Notes: generated from the sequence alone by a model not told the origin. 64,000 bases of DNA from Nostoc sp. DedSLP01 (GCA_034530875.2 JAVRCJ020000005.1:273903-337902), one strand, 5' to 3'; positions 9,327 to 19,083 are shown, counted from the stretch's first letter. Numbers and translations: made by a program.

Positions 9327-9905
9327 CTAACTGACTTCTTCTGAGTCCACTGTTAAATTGCCGACGCTGGCACTAGGGAAAGAGGGCGGCAAAGACTGGC
9401 TATTAATAGAATATGGCTCTGCCAAATTAGAACGCAGTTGTCGCATCAGACTAGCCATTTCTAGGGCATTGAGGGCATAATCCCAACCGTGATTACCTTT
9501 GATGCCTGCCCGTTCTAAGGCTTGCTGCATGGTGTCCACTGTCAAAATGCCAAAAATGACTGGTACTCCAGTTTGAAAGCTCGCAGCAGCAATGCCTTTA
9601 GAAACTTCAGCAGATACGTAATCAAAATGGGGCGTTTGTCCTCGAATGACTGCCCCAAGACAAATTACAGCATCATAACGATGAGAAAGTGCTAGCTGGC
9701 GAGCTACTAACGGCACTTCAAAACTTCCTGGTACCCAAACGTAGTCTACCTGATTACCGTGGGGGTTGGGGTCTACACCGTGGCGTTTCAAGCAATCTTG
9801 ACATCCTTCTAGCAGCTTTCCGGTAACCAAATCATTGAATCGACCAATCACCACTGCAAAACGCAGAGGTTCCGTTTGAGTAAAAGTTCCCTCAAAAACT
9901 GCCAT
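9327..9905 (-). CDS. ribH: 6,7-dimethyl-8-ribityllumazine synthase
   Basis: [42 protein letters not shown]. Start taken at MAVFEG. Confidence 0.96.
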   Translation of the reverse strand: MAVFEGTFTQTEPLRFAVVIGRFNDLVTGKLLEGCQDCLKRHGVDPNPHGNQVDYVWVPGSFEVPLVARQLALSHRYDAVICLGAVIRGQTPHFDYVSAEVSKGIAAASFQTGVPVIFGILTVDTMQQALERAGIKGNHGWDYALNALEMASLMRQLRSNLAEPYSINSQSLPPSFPSASVGNLTVDSEEVS

Positions 9906-10091
9906 GACTGCCTCTTTATCAACTATACTTCTGGCCAATATACATTTTTACTTAAATTGCGAGGAGCAGGAAAGCGCAGTCAAAAATAAGGAAACAGGAA
10001 AAAATATCTCTTTTTTCCTTAACTTTTGACCTGAGCTTTTCTGCTCCTCTAATTTTTATATTAAGTGCCTGCGCCAGAGCGAAGCCGTTGC

Positions 10092-10280
10092 CTAGACGAC
10101 AAAAAAGTTTAACAAACCAACTAAAAGTACCAAAGCAATCCAAACGCCAGAACCAAGCCAGAGCAACTTTTTGGATTCAACCCAATTTTGGGGAGTAGCG
10201 TAAGCAACAGGAACGCCAACAACTAGTACAAAAGACAACAGGACTAGGCTAATCAAAGCAAATTGGAATATTATGGTCAT
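10092..10280 (-). CDS. psbZ: Photosystem II protein Z
   Basis: 62 aa, [33 protein letters not shown]...[10 protein letters not shown]. Confidence 0.96.
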   Translation of the reverse strand: MTIIFQFALISLVLLSFVLVVGVPVAYATPQNWVESKKLLWLGSGVWIALVLLVGLLNFFVV

Positions 10281-10490
10281 TTTTACTTCTCCCAATACAG
10301 CTAAATACTAAAGTGTAGAATATCCTAAAGGGCGACACTGACACTTACTTTTTTCTTATCTATAAGCTACCAGAAATTGCAACGTTTTAGTCATTTGTCA
10401 TTGGTCATTGGTCATTAGTCATTAGTCCTTTGTGAGTTAACAACAACCAATGCCCCACAAGCGATGCCTAATGCCCCATCCGTATTAACT

Positions 10491-13196
10491 ATGGACTTAA
10501 TTCTTTGCCACACCACAGCAGATTTTGACACACTTGGGGCGGCAGTAGGGCTAACACGCCTATTACCAGGAAGCAAGATTGTGCTGACTGGGGGAGCTCA
10601 TCCTCCGGTACGGGATTTTTTAGCTTTGTACAGGGATGAATATCCGCTAATTGAACGCCGTGCGGTGATTCCGGAAAAAATTCGTTCTTTGACTGTGGTC
10701 GATATGCAACAGCGCGATCGCTTGGGTAAAGCTGCCGAGTGGTTAGATTTACCCGATGTTAGAGAAATTATAGTTTACGACCATCACGTAGGACAAGAAT
10801 CAGATATTCCTGCTACGCGATCGCATATTTCTGCGGTGGGAGCGACGACAACTTTAATTGTGGAGCAATTGCAACAACAGCAAATCTCCCTAACTCCTGC
10901 CGAAGCCACAGTCATGGCTTTAGGTATCCATGTTGACACTGGCTCGTTAACCTTTGACCAATCTACACCACGGGATGCTTTAGCTTTGGCTTGGTTGATG
11001 CAACAGAGTGCCAGTTTAACAGTAATTTCCACATACCGCGACCCTGGTTTGTCTCTGCAATTGCAGGAGTTATTAACTAAAACCCTGGAAAATTTAGAAT
11101 ATCTTTGTCTGCGCGGATATACAGTTGGTTGGGTAATTTTAAATACAGATGCTTTTGTGCCTGGTTTATCGAGTTTAGCTTCAGAACTCGTGGAATTAAC
11201 CGAAATTGATGCCCTACTGTTAGCTAATGAGTATCCTTTAGGTGACGGTGATTTGCGGTTAACAGTAATTGGGCGATCGCAAATTCCCAAAACAAATCTT
11301 AATCTATTATTTGAAGCCTTGGGCGGTGGCGGGCATTCACAAGCTGCATCGCTGAACTTAAGAGGAGTAGATTCACAGGCAACATTACAACAACTACTTA
11401 ACGGGATTAAAGCCCAAATTCCCCACCCCCCTACTGCTAGGGATTTGATGTCCTCTCCTGTCCGCACTATTTTGCCTGAAACCACAATTGCAGAAGCACA
11501 GCGTATTTTGTTGCGTTACGGACATTCTGGTTTATCTGTAGTCGATGCCCAAGGACAACTGGTGGGTGTTATTTCGCGCCGGGATCTTGATATTGCCCTG
11601 CACCACGGCTTTAGTCACGCGCCAGTCAAGGGCTACATGACCATAAATGTGAAAACAATTACGCCGGATACGACACTGCCACAAATTGAAGCGCTGATGG
11701 TGACTTATGATATCGGGCGCTTACCAGTATTAGAAAACGAACAGTTAGTTGGTATCGTCACGCGTACTGATGTGTTGCGGGAATTACATGAAGAGGACGC
11801 GGGGACGCGGGGACGGGAAGACGCGGAAACTAGTTTAATGTTGCGATCGGAGCGTGTTAATCTCTCCGTGTCATCTTCTCTTGCTCCTCAACTGTGGGAA
11901 TTGCTGACTACGGCATCGCAAGAAGCAGAAAAACGAGGTTGGCATCTTTATCTTGTTGGCGGTGCGGTGCGGGACTTGCTGTTAGCTGATGCAGCAGGAG
12001 GCCTGATGATTAAAGATATTGACCTTGTAGTTGATGGCTTTCACAAATCAGCAGATGTTGGTGCTGGCGTGGAATTAGCAAAGGCACTCCAAAAACTTTA
12101 CCCAGCAGCGCGTCTAGAAATACACGGGGCTTTTCAAACTGCGGCTTTGCTATGGCACAAAGACCCAGAATTCGATTCTTTATGGGTAGATATTGCCACC
12201 GCTAGGACAGAATTTTATCCTTACCCAGCAGCGAATCCAGAAGTTGAGGCGAGTTCCATTCGTCAAGATTTATATCGTCGAGATTTCACCATCAACGCCC
12301 TAGCTTTGCGCTTGACTTCTCCCCGTGCTGGTGAATTACTCGATTTCTTTGGTGGTTTACTCGATTTAGAAGCTAAACAAATTCGGGTTTTACACGCCAA
12401 CAGCTTTATCGAAGACCCCACCCGCATTTATCGCGGCGTGCGCTTTGCAGTGCGCTTCGGCTTTGAAATTGAGCCGCAAACACAAGAGTTTATCCGCTAT
12501 GCCATCAACAGTGGTGTTTACGATCGCACTGCTCAAGAGAATAGCAAAACTCCAGCTCTCCAAACTCGACTGAAAACAGAATTAAAGCACATCCTAGAAG
12601 CCCCTTATTGGAAATCAGCTTTGCAGTTACTCGATAACTTAGGGGCATTGCAATGCATCCATTCTACTTTGAAGCTAGATGTAGGACTCCTGCGAGAATT
12701 ACGTTTGCTAGAACGCTGTTTGCGGCGATTTGACCAGCAACAAACCCTAATTAACTGGGAAATGCGTTTAGAAGTATTAATCGCCCATCTCGAACCACAA
12801 TATCGGGCGAAAGTAGCAAAAAATCTGCAATTGCAAGAAGATGGCATTAAACGGTTACAGAATCTAGCTCAGACTCAAGCTGATATTTTAGAAACTTTAC
12901 CTAGATGTCAGCGCCCCAGCCAAGTAGTTCAATTTCTCAGACGATATGACTTACCAATGTTAATTTTAATTGCTTTACAAAGCCAGAAAGCGATCGGGCG
13001 GCAGATATGGTATTACTTAACAGTTTTGGCTAACATTGCACCGATTTTAAATGGTAATGACTTAAAGGAATTAGGTTATAAACCAGGGGCGCAATATCGA
13101 GAAATTTTAGACAATTTACTTGCTGCTACTTTAGATGGAGTGATTCAAAATAGAACTGAGGCTAAGGAGTTTTTAGCCAAGCATTATCCCCAGTAA
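10491..13196 (+). CDS. DHH-CBS-nucleotidyltransferase: tRNA nucleotidyltransferase (probably the A-adding enzyme)
   Basis: DHH domain (HTTADFD, YDHH, DTG, GGGGH), CBS pair, LVGGAVRD, DIDLVV, DLYRRDFTINA, EDPTRIYR. Flexible loop RTEFYPYPAANPEVE is present. Confidence 0.9.
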   Translation: MDLILCHTTADFDTLGAAVGLTRLLPGSKIVLTGGAHPPVRDFLALYRDEYPLIERRAVIPEKIRSLTVVDMQQRDRLGKAAEWLDLPDVREIIVYDHHVGQESDIPATRSHISAVGATTTLIVEQLQQQQISLTPAEATVMALGIHVDTGSLTFDQSTPRDALALAWLMQQSASLTVISTYRDPGLSLQLQELLTKTLENLEYLCLRGYTVGWVILNTDAFVPGLSSLASELVELTEIDALLLANEYPLGDGDLRLTVIGRSQIPKTNLNLLFEALGGGGHSQAASLNLRGVDSQATLQQLLNGIKAQIPHPPTARDLMSSPVRTILPETTIAEAQRILLRYGHSGLSVVDAQGQLVGVISRRDLDIALHHGFSHAPVKGYMTINVKTITPDTTLPQIEALMVTYDIGRLPVLENEQLVGIVTRTDVLRELHEEDAGTRGREDAETSLMLRSERVNLSVSSSLAPQLWELLTTASQEAEKRGWHLYLVGGAVRDLLLADAAGGLMIKDIDLVVDGFHKSADVGAGVELAKALQKLYPAARLEIHGAFQTAALLWHKDPEFDSLWVDIATARTEFYPYPAANPEVEASSIRQDLYRRDFTINALALRLTSPRAGELLDFFGGLLDLEAKQIRVLHANSFIEDPTRIYRGVRFAVRFGFEIEPQTQEFIRYAINSGVYDRTAQENSKTPALQTRLKTELKHILEAPYWKSALQLLDNLGALQCIHSTLKLDVGLLRELRLLERCLRRFDQQQTLINWEMRLEVLIAHLEPQYRAKVAKNLQLQEDGIKRLQNLAQTQADILETLPRCQRPSQVVQFLRRYDLPMLILIALQSQKAIGRQIWYYLTVLANIAPILNGNDLKELGYKPGAQYREILDNLLAATLDGVIQNRTEAKEFLAKHYPQ

Positions 13197-13221
13197 TTTA
13201 TATCTCAAAAATGTTGTTTTT

Positions 13222-13809
13222 ATGCAAACACAAACACACAAAAAATACTACACTCCAGAGGAATATTTAAAACTAGAGGAGACCTCAGAATCCAAAAATG
13301 AATATCGAGATGGAAAAATAATTCCTATGCCTGGTGGTACGACTAATCACAATGAAATTGCAGGTAATTTTTATGCCAATTTTAAATTTACGATGCGGGG
13401 TAAAAATTATAAAATTTACATAGGTGATGTCAAATTGTGGATACCACGTTATCGTATTTATACTTATCCTGATATCATGGTGATTCACGGAGAACCAATA
13501 TATGAGGGAAGTGGCACTACCAAAGTGACAAATCCTTTAACGATCGTAGAAGTGCTTTCCAACTCTACAGAGAACCACGATAGAACTAATAAATTTAGAT
13601 TTTATCGTTCTATTCCGACGCTCCAAGAATATATTATGATTAATCAATATGAATATCTTGTTGAGCAGTTTAATAAAAATGCTGAAGGTCAATGGGTATT
13701 AACTGAATACGAATCAGTAGATGCTGTATTCTCACTAAAATCAATAGATTTTCAAATTTCCTTCAGTGATATTTATGAAGGAATTGATTTTGAAATAGAA
13801 GAATCGTAA
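13222..13809 (+). CDS. Uma2 (DUF820) family PD-(D/E)XK endonuclease-like protein
   Basis: YTPEEYL..E, EYRDGKI..MPGG...H, YPD, IVEVLSNSTE..DR..KF..Y. Confidence 0.92.
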   Translation: MQTQTHKKYYTPEEYLKLEETSESKNEYRDGKIIPMPGGTTNHNEIAGNFYANFKFTMRGKNYKIYIGDVKLWIPRYRIYTYPDIMVIHGEPIYEGSGTTKVTNPLTIVEVLSNSTENHDRTNKFRFYRSIPTLQEYIMINQYEYLVEQFNKNAEGQWVLTEYESVDAVFSLKSIDFQISFSDIYEGIDFEIEES

Positions 13810-13816
13810 TGCATAG

Positions 13817-13902
13817 GCGTTGGCGTAGCCTCTCGTAGAGAAGCCCATCGTACTCCTACGGAGAACCAAGCTATGCGTAGCGTCTCGTAGAGAAGATATC
13901 GC
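13817..13902. repeat. Cluster of small dispersed repeats (SDR-like)
   Basis: Two copies of GCGTAGC(C/G)TCTCGTAGAGAAG (from ~13823 and ~13875), each followed by ATCG(C), plus a CTCCTACGGAG mini-hairpin. Confidence 0.65.
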
Positions 13903-13908
13903 AGTAGT

Positions 13909-14079
13909 CTAAATAGTTTCGGGGTCGATATTTAACTCCCGCAATTTTGCAGCCAAACGTTCTGCTTTTTTTTGTGCCTGTTCTGCCATTTCTTCAGGTG
14001 TTGGGACTAGTCGCCCATCTGGTGTAAAAAACCGCAATAAACCTTCATGGATTCCCAAGTATAAACCTAGTTGTTCGCT
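13909..14079 (-). pseudogene. 3' remnant of a Uma2-family gene
   Basis: The minus strand reads SEQLGLYLGIHEGLLRFFTPDGRLVPTPEEMAEQAQKKAERLAAKLRELNIDPETI*, the typical C-terminal tail of cyanobacterial Uma2 proteins. No start codon or N-terminal part is present. Confidence 0.8.
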
Positions 14080-14095
14080 CTCCGGAATTGCTTTG

Positions 14096-14377
14096 TGCTA
14101 AACTGTAGTCAACATCAAACCTCATCACAATTCAAACGAGATAGCAAAAATGAAGTAGTACCAAACGCCTGTTGCACCAAAGCAACAAATGTCAACGAAA
14201 AATAAACGCAACTAGTTTGACAGGGTTACTTCACAAAGTCATGTACTAACAATATTGTTATTACTCCTATCTATATCAGACCGCTTGTAAGCGGCTGAGT
14301 TTGTTTTGTGCCTAATAATTTACCCGGAATCATTGCCAACACGTGGGTAGAAGTTTGCGAATTGAGGTTTGGAAAGA
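14096..14377 (+). promoter_or_regulatory. Putative promoter and attenuator leader of the ABC-F gene
   Basis: Extended -10 TGcTAAACT (14096-14104), uORF ATG AAG TAG (14150-14158), and hairpin TCAG-a-CCGCTTGTAAGCGG-CTGA followed by GTTTGTTTT (14276-14308). Confidence 0.6.
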
Positions 14378-15988
14378 ATGCAGAAAAAATCAATATTATT
14401 AGCTGAGAATTTAAGCTATCAACTCAGCTTAGAAAGAACTTTATTTCAACAAATTCAGGTAACTATTGACGCACGGAATAGCATCGCTTTAGTTGGTAGC
14501 AACGGTGTAGGAAAATCAACCCTACTGAAGATACTTGCAGGTCAAATTACGCCCACCACGGGTTCAGTTTGGCATCATGGTGTTATTTATTATTTACCCC
14601 AAATTAGCACTATTCGAGAAGAAATCAAATCAGATACAGTACTTGATTTCTTGATTTCTATTTCTGATGAATGGTGGAAAATTGAGGAAATTTTACAAAC
14701 ACAATTCGATACAAACATTGACCTTTATTTATCAATAGAAAATTTGAGTGGTGGAGAACTGACAAAACTCTTTCTAGCAATTGGTTTGGCTCAAAAACCA
14801 AATTTGTTATTGCTAGATGAACCAACTAATCACATGGATTTAGAAGTGTTAGAAAGCTTAAAAGAGTTTCTGTTCAATTTTACAGGTGCGTATGTAATTG
14901 TCTCGCACAAGCCTTTTTTCTTAGACCAAGTGGTAAATATTACCTGGGAACTTACGCCTATTGGGTTGAAAGTATATGGAGGTAATTTTTCTCATTATCG
15001 AGAACAGAAAGAAATCGAGTTAGAAGCAGCATTACGATCGCACGAAGTCGCCAGGAAGGAACTCAAACGCGCTCAAGCTATGGCTATGCAAGAACAACAG
15101 CGTGCAGCCCAATCTCAGCGCAATGGTCGTGCTAAGTTCCTTAGTGGTAGTATCGACAGAACCGCTGCTGGAGCGATGAAAAGAAAAGCTGAAATCTCAG
15201 CCGGAACTGCGAAAAAGAAACATGAAGCAGCTGTAGCGAAAGCTAATCAAAAAGTTGCAGATACCAAGGTCAAAACCACAAAAGTAACAAGTATTCAACT
15301 AGAAGAAAAAAGCCAAAAGCGCAAAAACTTAATTGATATTCAAGGTGCAAATCTTAAGGTATCAGAACGGGTACTTTTACACAACATTCAATTGCATATT
15401 TCTTCTGGCGATCGCATTGCCATTGTCGGCGCTAATGGTTCCGGTAAATCGAGTTTGGCAAAAGCAGTTTTAGGAATGGAAAATCAAACAGCAGTTTTCG
15501 TATCGGGTGAGGTTTTGCTTGCACCAGCGATGAAAGCCATATATCTCGATCAAACCTACAAATTGGTAAATCGCCAATGCACAATTCTGGAAAATATGCA
15601 AGCTGCTAATCCGCATCTCAGCTATCAGCATTTGCGCCAACAACTAGGACATTTTTTGTTTAAATACGATGATGTCAACAAAAGTGCATCTGTACTCAGT
15701 GGTGGTGAGTTGGCAAGATTAGCGTTCGCCATGATTACTATCTCTGAAATCGACCTCTTGATTCTCGACGAACCAACTAATAACTTAGATATTGAAACCG
15801 TCGAACAAATCATAGTAGGTATCAATGACTATCAAGGAGCTGTTTGGGTAATTTCCCACGATTTAAATTTCTTGAGCCGCATTAATATTACTCAAAGTTT
15901 CAAATTGCAAGACCAAGCCTTACAAATGACAACCTATTTACCCAGTACACCAGAGCAATATTATCGAGAATTATTATCTTACAACTAG
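14378..15988 (+). CDS. ABC-F family ribosome-associated ATPase (antibiotic-resistance-like)
   Basis: Two ABC cassettes (GSNGVGKST/LSGGE/LLLDEPTNHMD; GANGSGKSS/LSGGE/LILDEPTNNLD), no TM segments, long helical interdomain linker. Confidence 0.92.
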   Translation: MQKKSILLAENLSYQLSLERTLFQQIQVTIDARNSIALVGSNGVGKSTLLKILAGQITPTTGSVWHHGVIYYLPQISTIREEIKSDTVLDFLISISDEWWKIEEILQTQFDTNIDLYLSIENLSGGELTKLFLAIGLAQKPNLLLLDEPTNHMDLEVLESLKEFLFNFTGAYVIVSHKPFFLDQVVNITWELTPIGLKVYGGNFSHYREQKEIELEAALRSHEVARKELKRAQAMAMQEQQRAAQSQRNGRAKFLSGSIDRTAAGAMKRKAEISAGTAKKKHEAAVAKANQKVADTKVKTTKVTSIQLEEKSQKRKNLIDIQGANLKVSERVLLHNIQLHISSGDRIAIVGANGSGKSSLAKAVLGMENQTAVFVSGEVLLAPAMKAIYLDQTYKLVNRQCTILENMQAANPHLSYQHLRQQLGHFLFKYDDVNKSASVLSGGELARLAFAMITISEIDLLILDEPTNNLDIETVEQIIVGINDYQGAVWVISHDLNFLSRINITQSFKLQDQALQMTTYLPSTPEQYYRELLSYN

Positions 15989-16203
15989 GTGTAATGCCGA
16001 CTATACTGAGTAAATTATAATACTTAGCGAATTGATTCTGTTTAGGCGTTAGCTAAGATTTTAAGTATTAATTATGACTATTGCCTGCATATTGTACTGG
16101 ATATAGTCAGCCATCTCCAGCGTAAATATCATGCTTCAAAACAGAAGCCGCAAAGCATACAGGCAAGTTATAATTCTTTTGCGGATGAACGTAACAAAAA
16201 TTT

Positions 16204-16530
16204 ATGAGTAACCCCCTTGTGCAAGCCTTTTTTGTAGGCAGAGCAGTAGCTGAAGTAGTTAACGAGCGTTTAGAGGTCGCTTTGACCGATGCTTTGAGCG
16301 AACTGGGTAAATTTGATGCTGAAGCTAGAGAGCAGTTGCGCCAGTTTACACAAGAAGTCCTAGAACGGGCAAATCGAGCAGCAGAAACTGCTAGTACTGG
16401 CCAACCTAGCACGAGTACCAGGCAATCTGGTTCAGACCCAGTAGACGTGCAAGCAGAGATTGATGAATTGCGAGCAGAAATTGCCCTATTGCGAACAGAA
16501 CTCCAACATCATCGCAGAACTTCTGCATAA
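16204..16530 (+). CDS. Conserved cyanobacterial coiled-coil protein upstream of the ABC1 kinase
   Basis: MSNPLVQAFFVGRA...IDELRAEIA.LR. First gene of the conserved hypothetical-ABC1-PP2C cluster. Confidence 0.8.
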   Translation: MSNPLVQAFFVGRAVAEVVNERLEVALTDALSELGKFDAEAREQLRQFTQEVLERANRAAETASTGQPSTSTRQSGSDPVDVQAEIDELRAEIALLRTELQHHRRTSA

Positions 16531-16635
16531 ATTTGGTCATTAGTCATTGGTCATTAGTCATTAGTTTTATATCAAAAACAAATGGCAGTTTGGGTGTCTT
16601 TTCTTGCAGGTAATTCGTTTGCAAACCAACGGTAG

Positions 16636-18330
16636 ATGGAAAATATGGAACAAGGTTATTCAGATAAGGCATACCGTTGGAATCGGGAAAAATACTCTAG
16701 CAGACGGCGTTTTGTGGACATTTGGTCTTTTGTTTTGACCTTATTGTTCAAACTTTGGCTATACAACAAATCTTGGAGTTATCCAGGTGGCGTAACTGAA
16801 GCCAAGCAAACTGCAAGACGCAAAGTCCAAGCGCTTTGGATTCGCAATACCCTACTGGACTTAGGCCCAACGTTCATCAAAGTTGGGCAATTGTTTTCTA
16901 CTCGTGCTGATATATTCCCTGTTGAATATGTAGATGAACTAGCAAAGTTACAAGATAAAGTACCAGCATTTAGCTACGAACAAGTAGAAGGAATTATCGA
17001 GCAGGAACTAGGCAAGAAAATTCCTGAATTATTCCATAATTTTGAACCGATTCCTTTAGCTGCTGCTAGCTTAGGGCAAGTACACAAAGCTGTCCTGCAT
17101 AGCAAAGAAGCAGTAGTAGTTAAAGTGCAACGTCCGGGATTAAAGAAGTTATTTGAAATAGATTTACAAATTTTGAAAGGAATTACCCGCTACTTTCAAA
17201 ATCATCCAAAATGGGGCAAAGGACGAGATTGGCTCGGTATTTATGAAGAATGTTGCCGCATTCTTTGGGAAGAAATTGATTATCTCAATGAAGGGCGTAA
17301 TGCTGATACTTTTCGCCGTAACTTCCGTGGCTACGATTGGGTAAAAGTCCCAAAAGTTTACTGGCGTTATACTACCTCCCGCGTACTGACATTGGAATAT
17401 GTCCCTGGAATTAAAATTAGTCAATACGAAGCTTTAGAAGCAGCAGGATTAGATCGAAAAACTATTGCTCGTCAAGGCGCTCAAGCCTATTTGCTACAGC
17501 TACTCAATAGTGGCTTTTTCCACGCCGACCCGCACCCAGGCAATATTGCCATCAGTCCCGATGGTGCTTTGATATTCTACGATTTTGGGATGATGGGGCA
17601 AATTAAGTCCAACATTCGTGAAGGATTGATGCAAACGCTGTTTGGCATTGCCCAAAAAGATGGCGATCGCGTAGTACAATCTCTCATCGATTTAGGTGCG
17701 ATCGCTCCAGTGGATGACATGGGGCCAGTACGGCGTTCCGTCCAGTACATGCTGGATCATTTCATGGATAAGCCCTTTGAAAATCAATCAGTGGCGGCAA
17801 TTAGCGACGATCTTTACGAAATAGCTTATAATCAACCATTTAGATTTCCAGCCACTTTCACTTTTGTGATGCGAGCCTTTTCCACTCTAGAAGGGGTAGG
17901 CAAAGGCTTAGATCCAGAGTTTAACTTTATGGAAGTTGCCAAACCCTATGCAATGCAGCTTATGACCGATATGAATGGTTCTGAGGGGAATAGCTTTCTT
18001 AACGAATTGAGTCGTCAAGCAGCTCAAGTTAGTAGTACTGCGTTGGGTTTACCACGTAGGTTAGAAGATACCCTAGAAAAGTTAGAACGGGGAGATATGC
18101 GCCTGCGCGTTCGGTCTATAGAAACCGAACGTTTACTAAGGCGGCAGAGTAATATTCAACTATCAATGAGCTATGCTCTGTTGATTAGTGGTTTCACGCT
18201 TTCGGCTACTATTTTAGTAGTTAATCATTATGTATGGTTGGCACTGCTGCCTGCTTTAATCGCAGCGGCAGTTTCAGTAATTCTAATCCGATTACTTTTA
18301 CGCCTCGACCGTTATGACCGTATGTATTAA
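16636..18330 (+). CDS. AarF/ABC1/UbiB family kinase
   Basis: LGPTFIKVGQ, AAASLGQVH, VVKVQRP, FHADPHPGN, DFGMMG, two C-terminal TM helices. Confidence 0.95.
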   Translation: MENMEQGYSDKAYRWNREKYSSRRRFVDIWSFVLTLLFKLWLYNKSWSYPGGVTEAKQTARRKVQALWIRNTLLDLGPTFIKVGQLFSTRADIFPVEYVDELAKLQDKVPAFSYEQVEGIIEQELGKKIPELFHNFEPIPLAAASLGQVHKAVLHSKEAVVVKVQRPGLKKLFEIDLQILKGITRYFQNHPKWGKGRDWLGIYEECCRILWEEIDYLNEGRNADTFRRNFRGYDWVKVPKVYWRYTTSRVLTLEYVPGIKISQYEALEAAGLDRKTIARQGAQAYLLQLLNSGFFHADPHPGNIAISPDGALIFYDFGMMGQIKSNIREGLMQTLFGIAQKDGDRVVQSLIDLGAIAPVDDMGPVRRSVQYMLDHFMDKPFENQSVAAISDDLYEIAYNQPFRFPATFTFVMRAFSTLEGVGKGLDPEFNFMEVAKPYAMQLMTDMNGSEGNSFLNELSRQAAQVSSTALGLPRRLEDTLEKLERGDMRLRVRSIETERLLRRQSNIQLSMSYALLISGFTLSATILVVNHYVWLALLPALIAAAVSVILIRLLLRLDRYDRMY

Positions 18331-18345
18331 TTGTTGAAAAAATTT

Positions 18346-19083
18346 ATGAAAATTAATTTCACGGGTCTTAGCGATCCGGGACTTATTCGTTCTAATAATC
18401 AGGATGCTTATTATATCGACCCACAAGGACGATTTTTTATTGTTGCTGATGGTATGGGTGGTCATGCGGGAGGAGAAGAAGCAAGCCGCATTGCCACAAG
18501 TGAAATTCAGGCGTATTTAGTGGCTAATTGGGAATCGCCTCGATCTGCTCAAGAATTACTAGAACAAGCTTTGTGGGATGCCAATCAAGCAATTTTGCAG
18601 GATCAGCAAAATCATCCCCAACGTGCCGATATGGGTACAACAGTTGTAGCGGTAATTTTTCGCTCTCCAGAACCGCCTTGGTGCGCTCATGTTGGCGATT
18701 CCCGGCTGTATCGCTTGCGAGAATCACAATTAGAACAAATAACCGAAGACCACACTTGGGTAGCACGAGCAATCAAAATCGGTGACATCACCGCAGATGA
18801 AGCGCGGTTACATCCTTTTCGTCACGTATTATCGCGCTGTTTGGGGCGTGAAGACCTGCATCAGATTGACGTGCAACCATTGGATGTGAAAACTGGCGAT
18901 CGCTTGTTGTTATGTAGTGATGGTCTCACAGAAGAACTTGTCGAGCAAAAGATTGCTAGCTGCCTCCAAAGTACTCCTTGGCTAGATAAAGCCGCCATCT
19001 CTCTAGTTGAGGCTGCTAAGGAGGAAGGAGGGCACGATAACATTACTGTTGTCATCGTCTCACTCGAAGAAAATAATTCCTAA
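18346..19083 (+). CDS. pphA: PP2C/PPM Ser/Thr phosphatase (PphA-like)
   Basis: RSNNQD, VADGMGGH, MGTT, HVGDSRLY, LCSDGL, GGHDNIT. Directly follows the ABC1 kinase, as pphA does in other cyanobacteria. Confidence 0.85.
   Translation: MKINFTGLSDPGLIRSNNQDAYYIDPQGRFFIVADGMGGHAGGEEASRIATSEIQAYLVANWESPRSAQELLEQALWDANQAILQDQQNHPQRADMGTTVVAVIFRSPEPPWCAHVGDSRLYRLRESQLEQITEDHTWVARAIKIGDITADEARLHPFRHVLSRCLGREDLHQIDVQPLDVKTGDRLLLCSDGLTEELVEQKIASCLQSTPWLDKAAISLVEAAKEEGGHDNITVVIVSLEENNS

Noticed and set aside
10784..11485. Long antisense ORFs inside genes (also 1211..1699, 59608..59988, 62770..63141)
   Set aside because: Shadow ORFs opposite well-supported genes, with no independent features.
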